Assembly: GCA_037442505.1 (NCBI GenBank) | Contig: JBBIPZ010000007.1 | Location: 3,758 to 67,757 of the forward strand | Reading direction: 5' to 3' | Source: Deltaproteobacteria bacterium | Lineage (GTDB): Bacteria > CALINM01 | Length of the DNA: 64,000 nt | Part shown: piece after piece, positions 1-9,897 of the stretch | How the letters are laid out: every line of letters starts with the position of its first letter | How positions within the stretch are numbered: the first letter of the stretch is position 1 | Made by a program: the position numbers and the translations under genes | Notes under the pieces: model-generated | The model's input: only the letters and a program-made list of their open reading frames with translations | What the model was told of the DNA's origin: nothing | The model's database searches: none

Positions 1-1
1 C

Positions 2-1219
2 CCGAAAACAGAGTCTATCCCGATATTTTATCTCAACGACAAGACTATACATCTTTCGCATTTTAGAAGGAATACAGATCATTTTATTATAAAGCCTTTT
101 AATGTTGATGAACTGAAAAGGATTTTAACTGCGGCAAGAAAAAAGATACTCAATACTACATACTTTAAAAAGGAAGACGAGTTCTCTGGCAATTTAAAGC
201 AGATGCAGATGCCCGACTTGTTGCAGGTGCTCTCAATGAATCAAAAGACAGGCAATCTTTATGTTTATTCAGATACATCTAACAAGGAAAAGAAAGCGAT
301 CGTCTCTTTATATAAAGGCAGAATTATCAATGCGTCGCTACCAAAAATATCTGGTTTAAAGGCAATGTATAGAGTACTCGCAATCAAAGACGGTTATTTT
401 TGTTTTGTGCCAAGCGAACCAGAACTTCCTCATGTTATTTCCGAATCTGCTGACAGCCTTATAATGGAAGGATTAAGACAAAACGATGAAATGCAGGAAA
501 TCAGAAAGAAGTTAGGTGGGGGAAAACTTAAAATTTATCTCAATGTAAGTTTGGAAAAACTACCACAGGGATTAAGACCCAAGACGCTTGAAGTAATCTC
601 TGCCATAGATGTATTTCCCGATTTAAACGAGTTGATTGATAATGTGAGTGTGCTTGATTATGAAGTTTTAAAAATAATACAGGGGTTAAAGGAAAAGAAT
701 GTTATCAGAATTGAGGAAGTGTCTGATGCTCTCCCAACAAATAACATTACGTTTTCTGCAGACCTTTTACTTGAACTTAAGAAGGCAATAAATAAGAGAT
801 ATTATGGATTGCAGCCACCGTATAATCTCGTAATGCCAGTATTTATAGAGGGTTATAACACGGAGCCTTTTCTTAAAAATTTGATAAAGTTTAATTTTAC
901 TCCCTATAAAAAGGATATGCTATCTCTCAGGCAAAAAGAAAAAAATATAGGGTTTTTAGGTATGCTTAAGCTTGTAGATAGTCTAAATGTTATCCTTGTG
1001 TATTTTAATAATTTTGTGCCGTTTAAACCTTTTTTTAATGCGTATCTTTCTCGCTGTTTAGGGGCGCTAATTGTTGGGGAAAAGGACAGATTTAACTATG
1101 TAGTCAATTTTTTTGGTAAAAAAACCGCGTTTATCGCTTTAAAAGATTTATATAATTTTGAGGTTTTAAAAAAGGCTATAGAAAAGATTTTTGAAAATTT
1201 TATTAAGGAGAATATATGA
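2..1219 (+). CDS. Response regulator (5' partial), receiver-like C-terminus fused to a DUF4388-like domain and an unassigned C-terminal region
   Basis: Frame 2 is open from the window edge. Translation reads ...DHFIIKPFNVDELKRIL (receiver alpha5-like), then LLQVLSMNQKTGNLYV...GRIINAS, which resembles DUF4388. Stop TGA at 1217-1219. Confidence 0.55.
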   Translation, partial: PKTESIPIFYLNDKTIHLSHFRRNTDHFIIKPFNVDELKRILTAARKKILNTTYFKKEDEFSGNLKQMQMPDLLQVLSMNQKTGNLYVYSDTSNKEKKAIVSLYKGRIINASLPKISGLKAMYRVLAIKDGYFCFVPSEPELPHVISESADSLIMEGLRQNDEMQEIRKKLGGGKLKIYLNVSLEKLPQGLRPKTLEVISAIDVFPDLNELIDNVSVLDYEVLKIIQGLKEKNVIRIEEVSDALPTNNITFSADLLLELKKAINKRYYGLQPPYNLVMPVFIEGYNTEPFLKNLIKFNFTPYKKDMLSLRQKEKNIGFLGMLKLVDSLNVILVYFNNFVPFKPFFNAYLSRCLGALIVGEKDRFNYVVNFFGKKTAFIALKDLYNFEVLKKAIEKIFENFIKENI

Positions 1220-1866
1220 TAGATTTGCACACTCATACGATATTTAGTGATGGAGAACTAATACCTTACGAATTAGTGCGTAGAGCTGAGGAAAAAGGGT
1301 ACAAAGTCATAGCACTGACAGACCATATCGACTTTTCAAACATGGATTTTGTGATACCCAGAATTGTCTTAGTTGCAGCAAAGATTAACAAAGAAAACAG
1401 AAAGATAAAAGTGATTCCCGGCTGTGAGTTGACCCATATTCACCCTGATTCGTTTGCTGAAGCTGTAAAAAAGGCAAGGAAGTTGGGTGCAAAAATCGTT
1501 GTGGCACATGGAGAAACACCTGTTGAACCGGTGGCTAAAGGGACGAACATTGCCGCAATAAAAGCTGGTGTTGATATTATTGCTCATCCCGGACTTATTA
1601 CAGAAGAAGAGGCAAGGTTAGCGGTAAAAAAGGGAGTTTTTTTAGAGATTACAGCAAGAGGTGGTCATAATATAACTAACGGATATGTTGTAAAATTGGG
1701 TTTGGCGACTAAAGCAAACTTTGTAATTAATACTGATGCACATGCACCTAAAGACCTTATTAGTAAAGAATTTGCAATGATTGTGGCGCTTGGAGCTGGA
1801 TTAAGCAAGAAACAGTTTGAAAAAAACTATGAAAGGTTAGGTAACTGGTTATCGTCTATCGTATAG
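1216..1866 (+). CDS. PHP-domain metal-dependent phosphoesterase (histidinol-phosphatase-like)
   Basis: N-terminus MIDLHTHTIFSDG...ALTDHID matches the PHP His-rich motifs. SD AAGGAG at 1205-1210. ATGA overlap with the upstream gene. Confidence 0.6.
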   Translation: MIDLHTHTIFSDGELIPYELVRRAEEKGYKVIALTDHIDFSNMDFVIPRIVLVAAKINKENRKIKVIPGCELTHIHPDSFAEAVKKARKLGAKIVVAHGETPVEPVAKGTNIAAIKAGVDIIAHPGLITEEEARLAVKKGVFLEITARGGHNITNGYVVKLGLATKANFVINTDAHAPKDLISKEFAMIVALGAGLSKKQFEKNYERLGNWLSSIV

Positions 1867-2045
1867 AAGATAAAATAATCCCTGACTTTATATTTCACTT
1901 TTTTTCATCAAGATTTGTTGCAAACTTTCTTGGATTTTATATACCAAATCTGTGTGATATCAGGGAGTATTTACTTGAAAATCTTGAAGATGTAGAGCCG
2001 GGATTTTTAAAGGTAGCATTTGCTCAGTTTGATGAAAATGTTGTT

Positions 2046-2456
2046 TTGCAAGGTTTTGATGACAGGGTAACGCTTGATAACCTGTATACGTTTTTACGGT
2101 ATCTTTTTAAACATTACTCAAAAATAAGGCGCTTCTTTGAGGATAAAGGTGAAACATTTTTTATCGAAATTCACTTTCAGTTACCATTTATTCACAAAAG
2201 TATTCTTAAAAGTGAACAGAAAAAGGCCTTGTTTGCACAAAATAAGGTCAGGTTTTATAATACATATCGACAAAATTTAAGGGGCATCCTTTTAATTACT
2301 AAAGATGAAAACGAAGCGAAATTATTACAACCTAAAGACCACATATTATTAAATATCCCTGCAAACTCAAAAGAGTTAAATCTTTGTCTGGCATATCCCA
2401 TCCCATTAAAAGTTTATTGGAACAAAGTTCTAGACGAATTTAAACACTTTTTTTAA
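2046..2456 (+). CDS. Hypothetical protein (136 aa; TTG start, possible upstream GTG at 1950)
   Basis: Open frame only; no recognisable motif and the start is uncertain. Confidence 0.3.
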   Translation: MQGFDDRVTLDNLYTFLRYLFKHYSKIRRFFEDKGETFFIEIHFQLPFIHKSILKSEQKKALFAQNKVRFYNTYRQNLRGILLITKDENEAKLLQPKDHILLNIPANSKELNLCLAYPIPLKVYWNKVLDEFKHFF

Positions 2457-2512
2457 TTCCTCTTGCAAAACACATTTATAATGCTTATTCATATTTTTGA
2501 GGAGGAAAAGTT

Positions 2513-5107
2513 ATGATAGACTTTGAAAAATTTACTTACAAGGCTCAGGAGGCGGTTCAGTCTGCTTACATTTTAGCTCAAAACAAGCAAAATCAGGCAA
2601 TAGAGCCTGAGCATCTTTTGTTGACACTGTTTTCAGATGCGAATTCTGTGCCTTCACAGGTAGTTGGCAAAATAGGGGGCCAGTTAAAAGGCTTAACTAA
2701 CAGGTTAGAGAGTTTGATCGACAGGTTACCTAAGGTTACAGGTGGAAAAAGCTTCATCTCTCCAAACTTAGAAAAGTTATTGACTGAAGCCTGGAATGCA
2801 AAAGATGCGTTAAAAGATATGTATGTAAGCACTGAACATCTCTTGCTTGGTGCCACGCACTCAGAACTAAAAATATCAAATATTCTTAAAGAGTTTGGTA
2901 TTACAAAAGATGCGATACTTTCTGTTCTTCAAGAAATACGGGGGAGTCAGACCGTTACAGATCAGAATCCTGAAGACAAATATCAGGCTATCAATAAATA
3001 CGGTAAAGACCTGACGGAACTTGCCAGGAAGGGCAAACTCGATCCTGTGATTGGCAGAGATGAAGAGATAAGGCGAGTTATACAGGTGCTATCAAGGCGA
3101 ACAAAAAATAATCCTGTATTAATCGGAGATCCAGGTGTTGGTAAGACAGCAATAGTGGAAGGACTTGCGCAGAGAATTGTGTCGGGTGATGTCCCCGAGA
3201 TGTTGAAAAACAAAAAAGTAGTGGCACTTGATATGGGCTCTCTCATTGCAGGCACAAAGTATAGAGGAGAGTTTGAAGACAGATTTAAGGCGCTACTAAA
3301 AGAAGTTGTCCAGTCTGAAGGCAAGATAATTCTCTTTATTGATGAGCTTCATACAATTGTAGGGGCTGGGGCTGCAGAAGGTGCACTGGATGCAGGTAAT
3401 ATGATAAAGCCCGCTCTTGCGAGAGGCGAACTGCACTGTATCGGTGCAACTACTATTGACGAATACAGAAAATATATCGAAAAAGATGCCGCTTTAGAAA
3501 GACGTTTTCAACCAGTGATGGTGGAAGAACCATCAGTAGAAGATACTGTTTCGATTTTAAGGGGATTAAAGGAAAAATACGAAGTTCATCATGGTGTAAG
3601 AATCAAAGACAGTGCGATTGTGGCTGCTTCATATCTGTCAAATAGATATATTACTGGTAGGTTTTTGCCTGATAAGGCTATCGATTTAGTCGATGAAGCT
3701 GCTTCGCGTCTTCGTATAGAAATAGACAGCGTGCCTACAGAGATAGACGAAGTACAGAGAAAACTTATACAGCTCGAAATTGAAAGACAGGCGTTAAAAC
3801 GTGAAAGTGATGAAGCTTCTTTAGAAAAGCTGACAGAAGTTGAAAAGGAAATAGCAGAACTGAAAGAAAAACTTAACGGTCTCAAGTTTAGCTGGGAAAA
3901 AGAAAAGGGTAAGATTACCGAAATAAGGTTGTTGAAAGAAGAGATTGAAAAGATGAAGCTTGAAGAAGCCGAAGCTTTAAGAAAAGGTGATTTGAATAAG
4001 GCATCCGAAATTAAGTATGGCAAATTGCTAAATTTACAGAAAAAACTTGCCGAGAAAAATCAGGAACTTAAAGATATACAAAATAACAGACAGATGTTGA
4101 AAGAAGAAGTGGACGAAGAAGATATCGCCAAAATTGTCTCTAAGTGGACAGGGGTACCCGTTTCGAAACTTTTAGAAGGAGAGCGTGAAAAACTGATAAA
4201 AATGGAAGAAATGCTTAGTTTAAGGGTAGTAGGCCAGAAAGAGGCTATAGAGGCGGTTGCTAATGCTGTAAGAAGAAGCAGGGCAGGGTTGCAGGATCCT
4301 AATAGGCCTATTGGTTCTTTTCTTTTCTTAGGACCTACTGGTGTAGGTAAAACGGAACTTGCAAAGGCGTTAGCTGAATTTCTCTTTGATGATGAAAAGG
4401 CTATAATAAGGGTCGACATGTCAGAGTATATGGAGAAACATACGGTTTCAAGGCTAATAGGTGCCCCTCCCGGATATGTTGGTTATGAAGAAGGTGGATA
4501 TCTTACAGAGGCGGTAAGAAGGAGACCTTATTCTGTTATTCTACTTGACGAAATAGAAAAGGCACACAGTGATGTGTTTAACATCTTACTTCAGGTACTT
4601 GATGATGGGAGGCTAACAGACAATAAGGGCAAAACTGCCGATTTTAGAAACACATTAATAATAATGACTTCCAATTTAGGTAGTCAATACATTCTTGATG
4701 AATCCTTAAGTTACGAAGAGATGAAAGATAAGACCACAGGCTTACTTAAAAGCTATCTAAAGCCAGAATTCTTAAACAGGTTGGATGAAATTATAATATT
4801 CCATCGCTTGAGTGAAGAACATATAAAGATGATAGTTGATATTCAGCTAAAGTATATAAAGAAATTGCTGGCTGATAAAAATATTAGTATTACTCTTGAT
4901 GATAAGGCTAAACAGTATCTGGCAAGAGAAGGTTTTGATCCTGCATTTGGTGCCAGACCTTTAAAGAGGCTGATTCAAAAAGAGATACAGAATAAGTTAG
5001 CATCTTTGATATTGCAGGGAGAAATTAAAGAAGGTGATGAGGTAACTATCAGTTATAACGATGCTTTGACAGAGTTGGAATTTAAATGTATTAAACGACA
5101 AAACTGA
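2513..5107 (+). CDS. clpB: ATP-dependent chaperone ClpB
   Basis: 864 aa. Two AAA+ modules (GDPGVGKT and GPTGVGKT Walker A) separated by a long coiled-coil middle domain. SD GAGGAGG upstream. Confidence 0.95.
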   Translation: MIDFEKFTYKAQEAVQSAYILAQNKQNQAIEPEHLLLTLFSDANSVPSQVVGKIGGQLKGLTNRLESLIDRLPKVTGGKSFISPNLEKLLTEAWNAKDALKDMYVSTEHLLLGATHSELKISNILKEFGITKDAILSVLQEIRGSQTVTDQNPEDKYQAINKYGKDLTELARKGKLDPVIGRDEEIRRVIQVLSRRTKNNPVLIGDPGVGKTAIVEGLAQRIVSGDVPEMLKNKKVVALDMGSLIAGTKYRGEFEDRFKALLKEVVQSEGKIILFIDELHTIVGAGAAEGALDAGNMIKPALARGELHCIGATTIDEYRKYIEKDAALERRFQPVMVEEPSVEDTVSILRGLKEKYEVHHGVRIKDSAIVAASYLSNRYITGRFLPDKAIDLVDEAASRLRIEIDSVPTEIDEVQRKLIQLEIERQALKRESDEASLEKLTEVEKEIAELKEKLNGLKFSWEKEKGKITEIRLLKEEIEKMKLEEAEALRKGDLNKASEIKYGKLLNLQKKLAEKNQELKDIQNNRQMLKEEVDEEDIAKIVSKWTGVPVSKLLEGEREKLIKMEEMLSLRVVGQKEAIEAVANAVRRSRAGLQDPNRPIGSFLFLGPTGVGKTELAKALAEFLFDDEKAIIRVDMSEYMEKHTVSRLIGAPPGYVGYEEGGYLTEAVRRRPYSVILLDEIEKAHSDVFNILLQVLDDGRLTDNKGKTADFRNTLIIMTSNLGSQYILDESLSYEEMKDKTTGLLKSYLKPEFLNRLDEIIIFHRLSEEHIKMIVDIQLKYIKKLLADKNISITLDDKAKQYLAREGFDPAFGARPLKRLIQKEIQNKLASLILQGEIKEGDEVTISYNDALTELEFKCIKRQN

Positions 5108-5161
5108 TGATAGTGGCAAGTTCACATCGCCAGACCATTGGTGTTTAATTTATAAATTTTT

Positions 5162-5220
5162 AAAATCATTTAAAATGATTTTGAAAGCCTTTGCAAGGTT
5201 TTGCAAAGGCTTTATTTTTA
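5162..5220. terminator. Bidirectional intrinsic terminator between convergent clpB and cysE
   Basis: Perfect 13-bp inverted repeat AAAGCCTTTGCAA-ggtt-TTGCAAAGGCTTT followed by a T-run. A second AT-rich hairpin sits just upstream. Confidence 0.5.
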
Positions 5221-5910
5221 TTCTTTTTTGCCAGGTTCAGTTCTATCGAATGAACAGGTTGTAAACTCTTTGTGTTCCTTGGTGAGTTCTATAAGTCTTG
5301 TCTCTATGTCTCTAAGTTGATCCATCAGGCATTGCAGCACCTGTGCCTCTGGATCTGGCAACTTCTCGTCAACTTTAACACGAGCTTTTCCGCGATATGT
5401 AATTCTACCTGGCACACCAACCACAGTTGAATCATCTGGAACATCTTTAACAACAACAGAGCCCGAACCAATCAGGCAGTTGTTCCCAATCACTATTGGT
5501 CCTAAAACTTTTGCGCCCGCGCCTATAACCACATTATTACCAATGGTAGGATGTCTTTTACCCTTTTTCCATGATGTACCACCTAAAGTTACCCCATGAT
5601 AAAGTGTGACGTCGTCGCCTACTTCTGCTGTTTCTCCAATCACCACACCCATACCGTGATCAATGAAAAACCTTTTGCCAATCTTTGCTCCGGGATGTAT
5701 CTCAATTCCTGTTAGAAATCGAGCGATGTGAGAGAGAAATCTTGCTAAAAGTCTGAAATTTTTTCCCCACAAATAGTGGTTAACTCTATGAAAAAGTAGT
5801 GCGTGAAAGCCCGGGTAACATAGAATAATCTCAATTACACTTCTTGCAGCCGGGTCTCTTTCAAAAACCGAGTTGATGTCCTCTTTAATAGTTTTCAAAA
5901 ATTTGAACAT
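5218..5910 (-). CDS. cysE: Serine O-acetyltransferase
   Basis: SATase N-terminal helical domain followed by a hexapeptide-repeat left-handed beta-helix ([38 protein letters not shown]). Confidence 0.85.
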   Translation of the reverse strand: MFKFLKTIKEDINSVFERDPAARSVIEIILCYPGFHALLFHRVNHYLWGKNFRLLARFLSHIARFLTGIEIHPGAKIGKRFFIDHGMGVVIGETAEVGDDVTLYHGVTLGGTSWKKGKRHPTIGNNVVIGAGAKVLGPIVIGNNCLIGSGSVVVKDVPDDSTVVGVPGRITYRGKARVKVDEKLPDPEAQVLQCLMDQLRDIETRLIELTKEHKEFTTCSFDRTEPGKKE

Positions 5911-5918
5911 AATATTAG

Positions 5919-7559
5919 CTAAAATTTGATTGGGAAAATTATCCCAACCTCCGTTCCAATATCTTTTTTACTTTTATAATACACCTTTGCGTTATGAAAT
6001 ACAACCACACGTTTAAGAATATTCAAGCCAAGAGTAATAAAATCACCTTTCAGGTTAGTTTCAAAATTGTCTTTTGTTAGATAATTATTTATAGCATTAA
6101 GGACATTTTGTGGCATTCCACTGCCAGTATCTATAATACGTAAAACAGCATTTTTATCTTCCATTGATAGAACTAACATAATTTCGCCTTTATCAGGTGT
6201 GTATTTAATTGCGTTCCTTATAAGATGGAGAAAAGTTTGTGAAAGCATCAACTGTTCCCCTTTTATTACTATCGAAAAATTGGGTATATTCAGGTTAACT
6301 TTAATTTTCTTTTCGTCCAGCTCTTTTTCCACACGGCCGATAATGTTTTTAATAAGGTAAGTAAGGTCAATATCTCTTAGCATATAACGATCTTTTTCAA
6401 GGTTTAGACGTGCTAAAAATATTAAATCTTCGATAGTATTGTAAAGTTTTTCGGCACAAGTAAGCATTATGTCTATGCTCTGCTCTTGAAGAGGGGTTAG
6501 CTCTCCTAACTCCTTGTTTTTAAAAAGCTTTAGATAGCCAAACAGCGGTGTCAATGGGGTCTTAAATTCATGTGAGATACTTTGTAAAAAGTTACTTTTC
6601 ATTCTATCCAGATCCTTTAGTTCTTCATAAGCCTTTTCAAGCTGTCTCGTTTTTTCTTCCACGCGCTTTTCTAAATCTCTTTTTGTATCTTCCAGCTCAG
6701 CTGTTAATAACTCTAACTGCTGATTAGAAGCCTGCAGTTCTTCGTTCATTCCTTTTATTTCTTCAAATTGTTGCTCCAATTCCTGTTCGTTTTCTTGTAA
6801 CTTTTTAAGTGTTTCACTTATTATCTCGCCCAACATTCGCATTTCGCTACTCTTAAAGTCTCTAACTTCTACGTCATCAATGATGTTATTTTCCTCATAG
6901 TCTTTGCAAAGCCTGGATAGTTTAAAAAAGTCTTTCAAAAAGTTTTTATATAGTATGGTGGCAATAGTTATAATAAAAATTAAGGCTACCAATGAATAAA
7001 ATGAATAAAACAGAGGAAATATTGTAACTTTTTTGAGTAAATTATCGTGATAACTGCTTTCCATTCTTTTTAATGCATCCCGCACCGTTTGTGATAAACG
7101 CTCATAGTCAATTTTCTCATTCAGTATCTCCTGCGCTTTTGTTTCGTCATAAAGGTATTGAAAACTTAGCTTTAAAATATTATCGTTTTTAATCAGCATC
7201 TTTTCTAATGTTTCACTTAAAGTTTTTATGTTTGAGTCGCCTCTTTTATGACAATCGATACATCCATAATATTCAAATTTTTCATTAAAAACATTACGCA
7301 TGTCTTCGATTTTTTTTCGAACATCATCAAGATTCAATTCAACGGGAGTCTTCGATAACAATTTTTTCTGTATGAAAAGAGAATTTACCTGTCTATCTAT
7401 AATTATTGTGAGCTGATACAGTTGTTCTTCAAGCAACAGCAAGTCTTCATGTATTTTTAAAAATGATCTTGTTTCCTTGTAAAGTTTTATAGAAAAGAAA
7501 ACACCTGATAAAAAGAAAATACAGCAAAAAAACGTAACCCACAGAAAAGATTTCTTCAT
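5919..7559 (-). CDS. Sensor histidine kinase with a periplasmic domain carrying a CXXCH motif
   Basis: TM helix at aa 6-24, periplasmic stretch to about aa 180 containing GCIDCH (aa 99-104, nt 7245-7262), a second TM helix, a coiled coil, HisKA (SHEFKTPL) and HATPase (DTGSGMP). Confidence 0.85.
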   Translation of the reverse strand: MKKSFLWVTFFCCIFFLSGVFFSIKLYKETRSFLKIHEDLLLLEEQLYQLTIIIDRQVNSLFIQKKLLSKTPVELNLDDVRKKIEDMRNVFNEKFEYYGCIDCHKRGDSNIKTLSETLEKMLIKNDNILKLSFQYLYDETKAQEILNEKIDYERLSQTVRDALKRMESSYHDNLLKKVTIFPLFYSFYSLVALIFIITIATILYKNFLKDFFKLSRLCKDYEENNIIDDVEVRDFKSSEMRMLGEIISETLKKLQENEQELEQQFEEIKGMNEELQASNQQLELLTAELEDTKRDLEKRVEEKTRQLEKAYEELKDLDRMKSNFLQSISHEFKTPLTPLFGYLKLFKNKELGELTPLQEQSIDIMLTCAEKLYNTIEDLIFLARLNLEKDRYMLRDIDLTYLIKNIIGRVEKELDEKKIKVNLNIPNFSIVIKGEQLMLSQTFLHLIRNAIKYTPDKGEIMLVLSMEDKNAVLRIIDTGSGMPQNVLNAINNYLTKDNFETNLKGDFITLGLNILKRVVVFHNAKVYYKSKKDIGTEVGIIFPIKF

Positions 7560-7599
7560 TTAGCGATATTATATCATTAATTATTAGAAAGGTTAAAGA

Positions 7600-7628
7600 G
7601 AAAAAGGGCTTTTTCAAGCCCTTTTCAA
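7600..7628 (-). terminator. Hairpin terminator after the permease gene
   Basis: AAAAGGGC-tttttcaa-GCCCTTTT stem-loop flanked by A/T runs. Confidence 0.4.
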
Positions 7629-7631
7629 ATG

Positions 7632-8954
7632 TTATTTAAAAAACACGAAAGTTATCAAAATAAATAGAGGTATCAAAATACCGCAAGACCATGCCATATA
7701 GCCAAAAAATGAAGGCATTTTTATATCATTTTCTTCACAGATTGCCTTTACCATAAAGTTAGGTCCATTGCCAATATAAGTATTTGCACCCATAAAAACC
7801 GCACCCACAGAGACAGCGCGTAAATAAATTTCCGGTATACCAATAATCAAATTATCAACAATGCCTTTATACTGCGCCACACTTTGGGCAGTAGTGGCAA
7901 AGACTAAATAAGTTGGTGCGTTGTCAAGAAAGCTTGATAGGATACCAGTAGCCCAGTAGAATTGCCATGGCTCTGTTACACCCAATTTACTTCCGTTAAC
8001 TTGTAACATTTGCATAACAGGCACCATAGTTACAAAAATGCCGAAAAAGAGAATTGCCACTTCAATAATTGGATGGTAGGTAAATGCATTTTCTTCTCTT
8101 AAAGCTACAGGTGTAAAATAAATTGATGCTAATGCAGAGGCAATCATCATTGCTTCTCTTATAATGGGAGGAACGAAAAATGATACAATTACAATGAGTA
8201 AAAATAGAAAGTTGAGCTTACCCCTGATCTCAAGTTTTTTTTCGGGCAGCTCACCTAACGTTTCGGCTAATTTAGTTCTGTCTTCCTTTTTGATGAAATG
8301 GTTATCTAACAGAAAAAATATAAAAAGAAGTATTCCCACTGCAAAAAGCCAGAAAATAACTAGTTTAAATGTCCAGAAAAAGGGAACTCCTCTTAAAAAA
8401 CCAAGAAATAGTGGGGGATCTCCAAGTGGCGTTAATACTCCACCTATGTTAGATACCAAAAAAATAAAGAAAACACATAGGTGTACAATATGTTTACGCC
8501 ATTTGTTGATACGTAAGATTGGACGTATCAAAACCATGCTTGCACCTGTCGTTCCGATAAAACTGGCAAAAAAGGCTCCGATAAAAAGTAATAGCGTATT
8601 AATTTTAGGTGCACCGTTTGATCCTATTCTAATAACTATACCACCAGAAATTATAAAGAGAGAGCCCAGTAAGATGATAAAGGATATATATTCACTTAAA
8701 GAGTGTATCAACAACATTTTTTCTTTTGAAATAATCAAAATAGCCGCTGGAATTGCAAGCAATAAAGAAACTAATCCGTAACGTTTACCCCACCACTCAG
8801 CGTTTATCAGGGGGAAAACTGCTATTGCGAGTAATAGAGCAACAAAGAAAATCCCGCTCCAGATAGGAAAATCAACATTATGAGCTTCTGAATGTTCCGA
8901 AGCAAAGGCAAGCACAGGAGTAAACACACTAAATAATAAAAGCATCTTTTTCAT
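7632..8954 (-). CDS. ArsB/NhaD-superfamily (ion transporter) permease with signal peptide
   Basis: 440 aa polytopic membrane protein whose two halves look related. The family call rests on overall resemblance only. Confidence 0.45.
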   Translation of the reverse strand: MKKMLLLFSVFTPVLAFASEHSEAHNVDFPIWSGIFFVALLLAIAVFPLINAEWWGKRYGLVSLLLAIPAAILIISKEKMLLIHSLSEYISFIILLGSLFIISGGIVIRIGSNGAPKINTLLLFIGAFFASFIGTTGASMVLIRPILRINKWRKHIVHLCVFFIFLVSNIGGVLTPLGDPPLFLGFLRGVPFFWTFKLVIFWLFAVGILLFIFFLLDNHFIKKEDRTKLAETLGELPEKKLEIRGKLNFLFLLIVIVSFFVPPIIREAMMIASALASIYFTPVALREENAFTYHPIIEVAILFFGIFVTMVPVMQMLQVNGSKLGVTEPWQFYWATGILSSFLDNAPTYLVFATTAQSVAQYKGIVDNLIIGIPEIYLRAVSVGAVFMGANTYIGNGPNFMVKAICEENDIKMPSFFGYMAWSCGILIPLFILITFVFFK

Positions 8955-8972
8955 TTTTAGCCCCCAAAATTC

Positions 8973-9827
8973 TTAGAATATCGAACGAGAAAGAACACCT
9001 TTTTTTAGATCATCTTCAATATGTTCAACTTCTTTTAACTTTTTTAAAGATTTGATGATTCTTTGTTTTGTTTCTTCTCCACTTACGATTCCCTTCACGA
9101 CAAGTTTTTTGCCACCTTTTGATGCCTCTAACTCAATTTTTCCTTCATTTAACAGTTCATTTTTAAAAAGTATAAGCTCAGCTCTTTTTTCTATTAATCT
9201 ATTTTGAAGCTGCTCAATTGCCTTTGCTTCATCTATCCTTTCGTTATACTTTCTCACAAAATTACAGGTCAACTCAACTGCTTCTTCGATGTTAATGTGA
9301 CTGAAATTAAATACAAAGAAAAACATTAAAGGGTCAAGAAGTTCTCTGTCAAAATAATAATTGATAAACTCATTTTTCTCTTTGTCCCTTTCTTTTATAA
9401 GGTCAAACGCTTCTTCAGGAGATATTTTTTTTATATCTGCAACACGTTTTATACGATCTGCCATTTTAGCAACAATCTGAATAGAAATGACATTTTCTAT
9501 GCCTCCTAAAATTATGTGTCCAGCTCTTCCAACAAAAACAATATCTCCTTTTAAAGCCAGATCATAGATTGAAGCAGATAACGCTGTTTTGTAAAAACTT
9601 TTACTTGTGAACAATTCTTCAAATCTTTCGAGAAATGAAGGTGTATCCTCTTCATCTGTAATATCTGAAATAAATGGGAATTCATCTTTGCTTTTAATCT
9701 GTTTGTTTAAATAATCTTTGTCAACGAATTTGAAATTAAGACATTGTGATAATTTTTTTGCAAACTCAGTTCCACCAGCACCATACATTCGTGAAATACA
9801 AATTATTGCCATACTTCCTCCCCCCAC
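8973..9827 (-). CDS. Cytidylate kinase-like family (PF13189-like) protein with a C-terminal coiled-coil extension
   Basis: N-terminus MAIICISRMYGAGGTEFAKKLSQCLNFKFVDKDYL resembles the Cytidylate_kin2 family. SD GGGGGGAGGAAG upstream. Confidence 0.5.
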   Translation of the reverse strand: MGGGSMAIICISRMYGAGGTEFAKKLSQCLNFKFVDKDYLNKQIKSKDEFPFISDITDEEDTPSFLERFEELFTSKSFYKTALSASIYDLALKGDIVFVGRAGHIILGGIENVISIQIVAKMADRIKRVADIKKISPEEAFDLIKERDKEKNEFINYYFDRELLDPLMFFFVFNFSHINIEEAVELTCNFVRKYNERIDEAKAIEQLQNRLIEKRAELILFKNELLNEGKIELEASKGGKKLVVKGIVSGEETKQRIIKSLKKLKEVEHIEDDLKKGVLSRSIF

Positions 9828-9897
9828 CTATATTTTTATTTGCAAATAATTTCGTTTAATATATACTAAACCAAAAATCTAGTCAACACGGAGTTAA

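Noticed and set aside
2457-2512. Looked for CIRCE (HrcA) or a sigma32-type heat-shock promoter upstream of clpB
   Set aside because: A TATAAT is present (2478-2483), but there is no CIRCE inverted repeat and no CCCCATNT-type -10. The regulation of clpB cannot be inferred.
2593-4419. Several 87-144-aa minus-strand ORFs inside clpB (Ser/Leu-rich, low complexity)
   Set aside because: They are antisense to a highly conserved, clearly coding gene. Their composition is what is expected from the reverse complement of purine-rich (Lys/Glu) codons, and none has an SD. They are spurious.
8164-8781. 205-aa plus-strand ORF overlapping the permease gene
   Set aside because: It lies wholly antisense to a membrane transporter with a coherent hydrophobic profile. 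It has no SD and a low-complexity product, so it is spurious.
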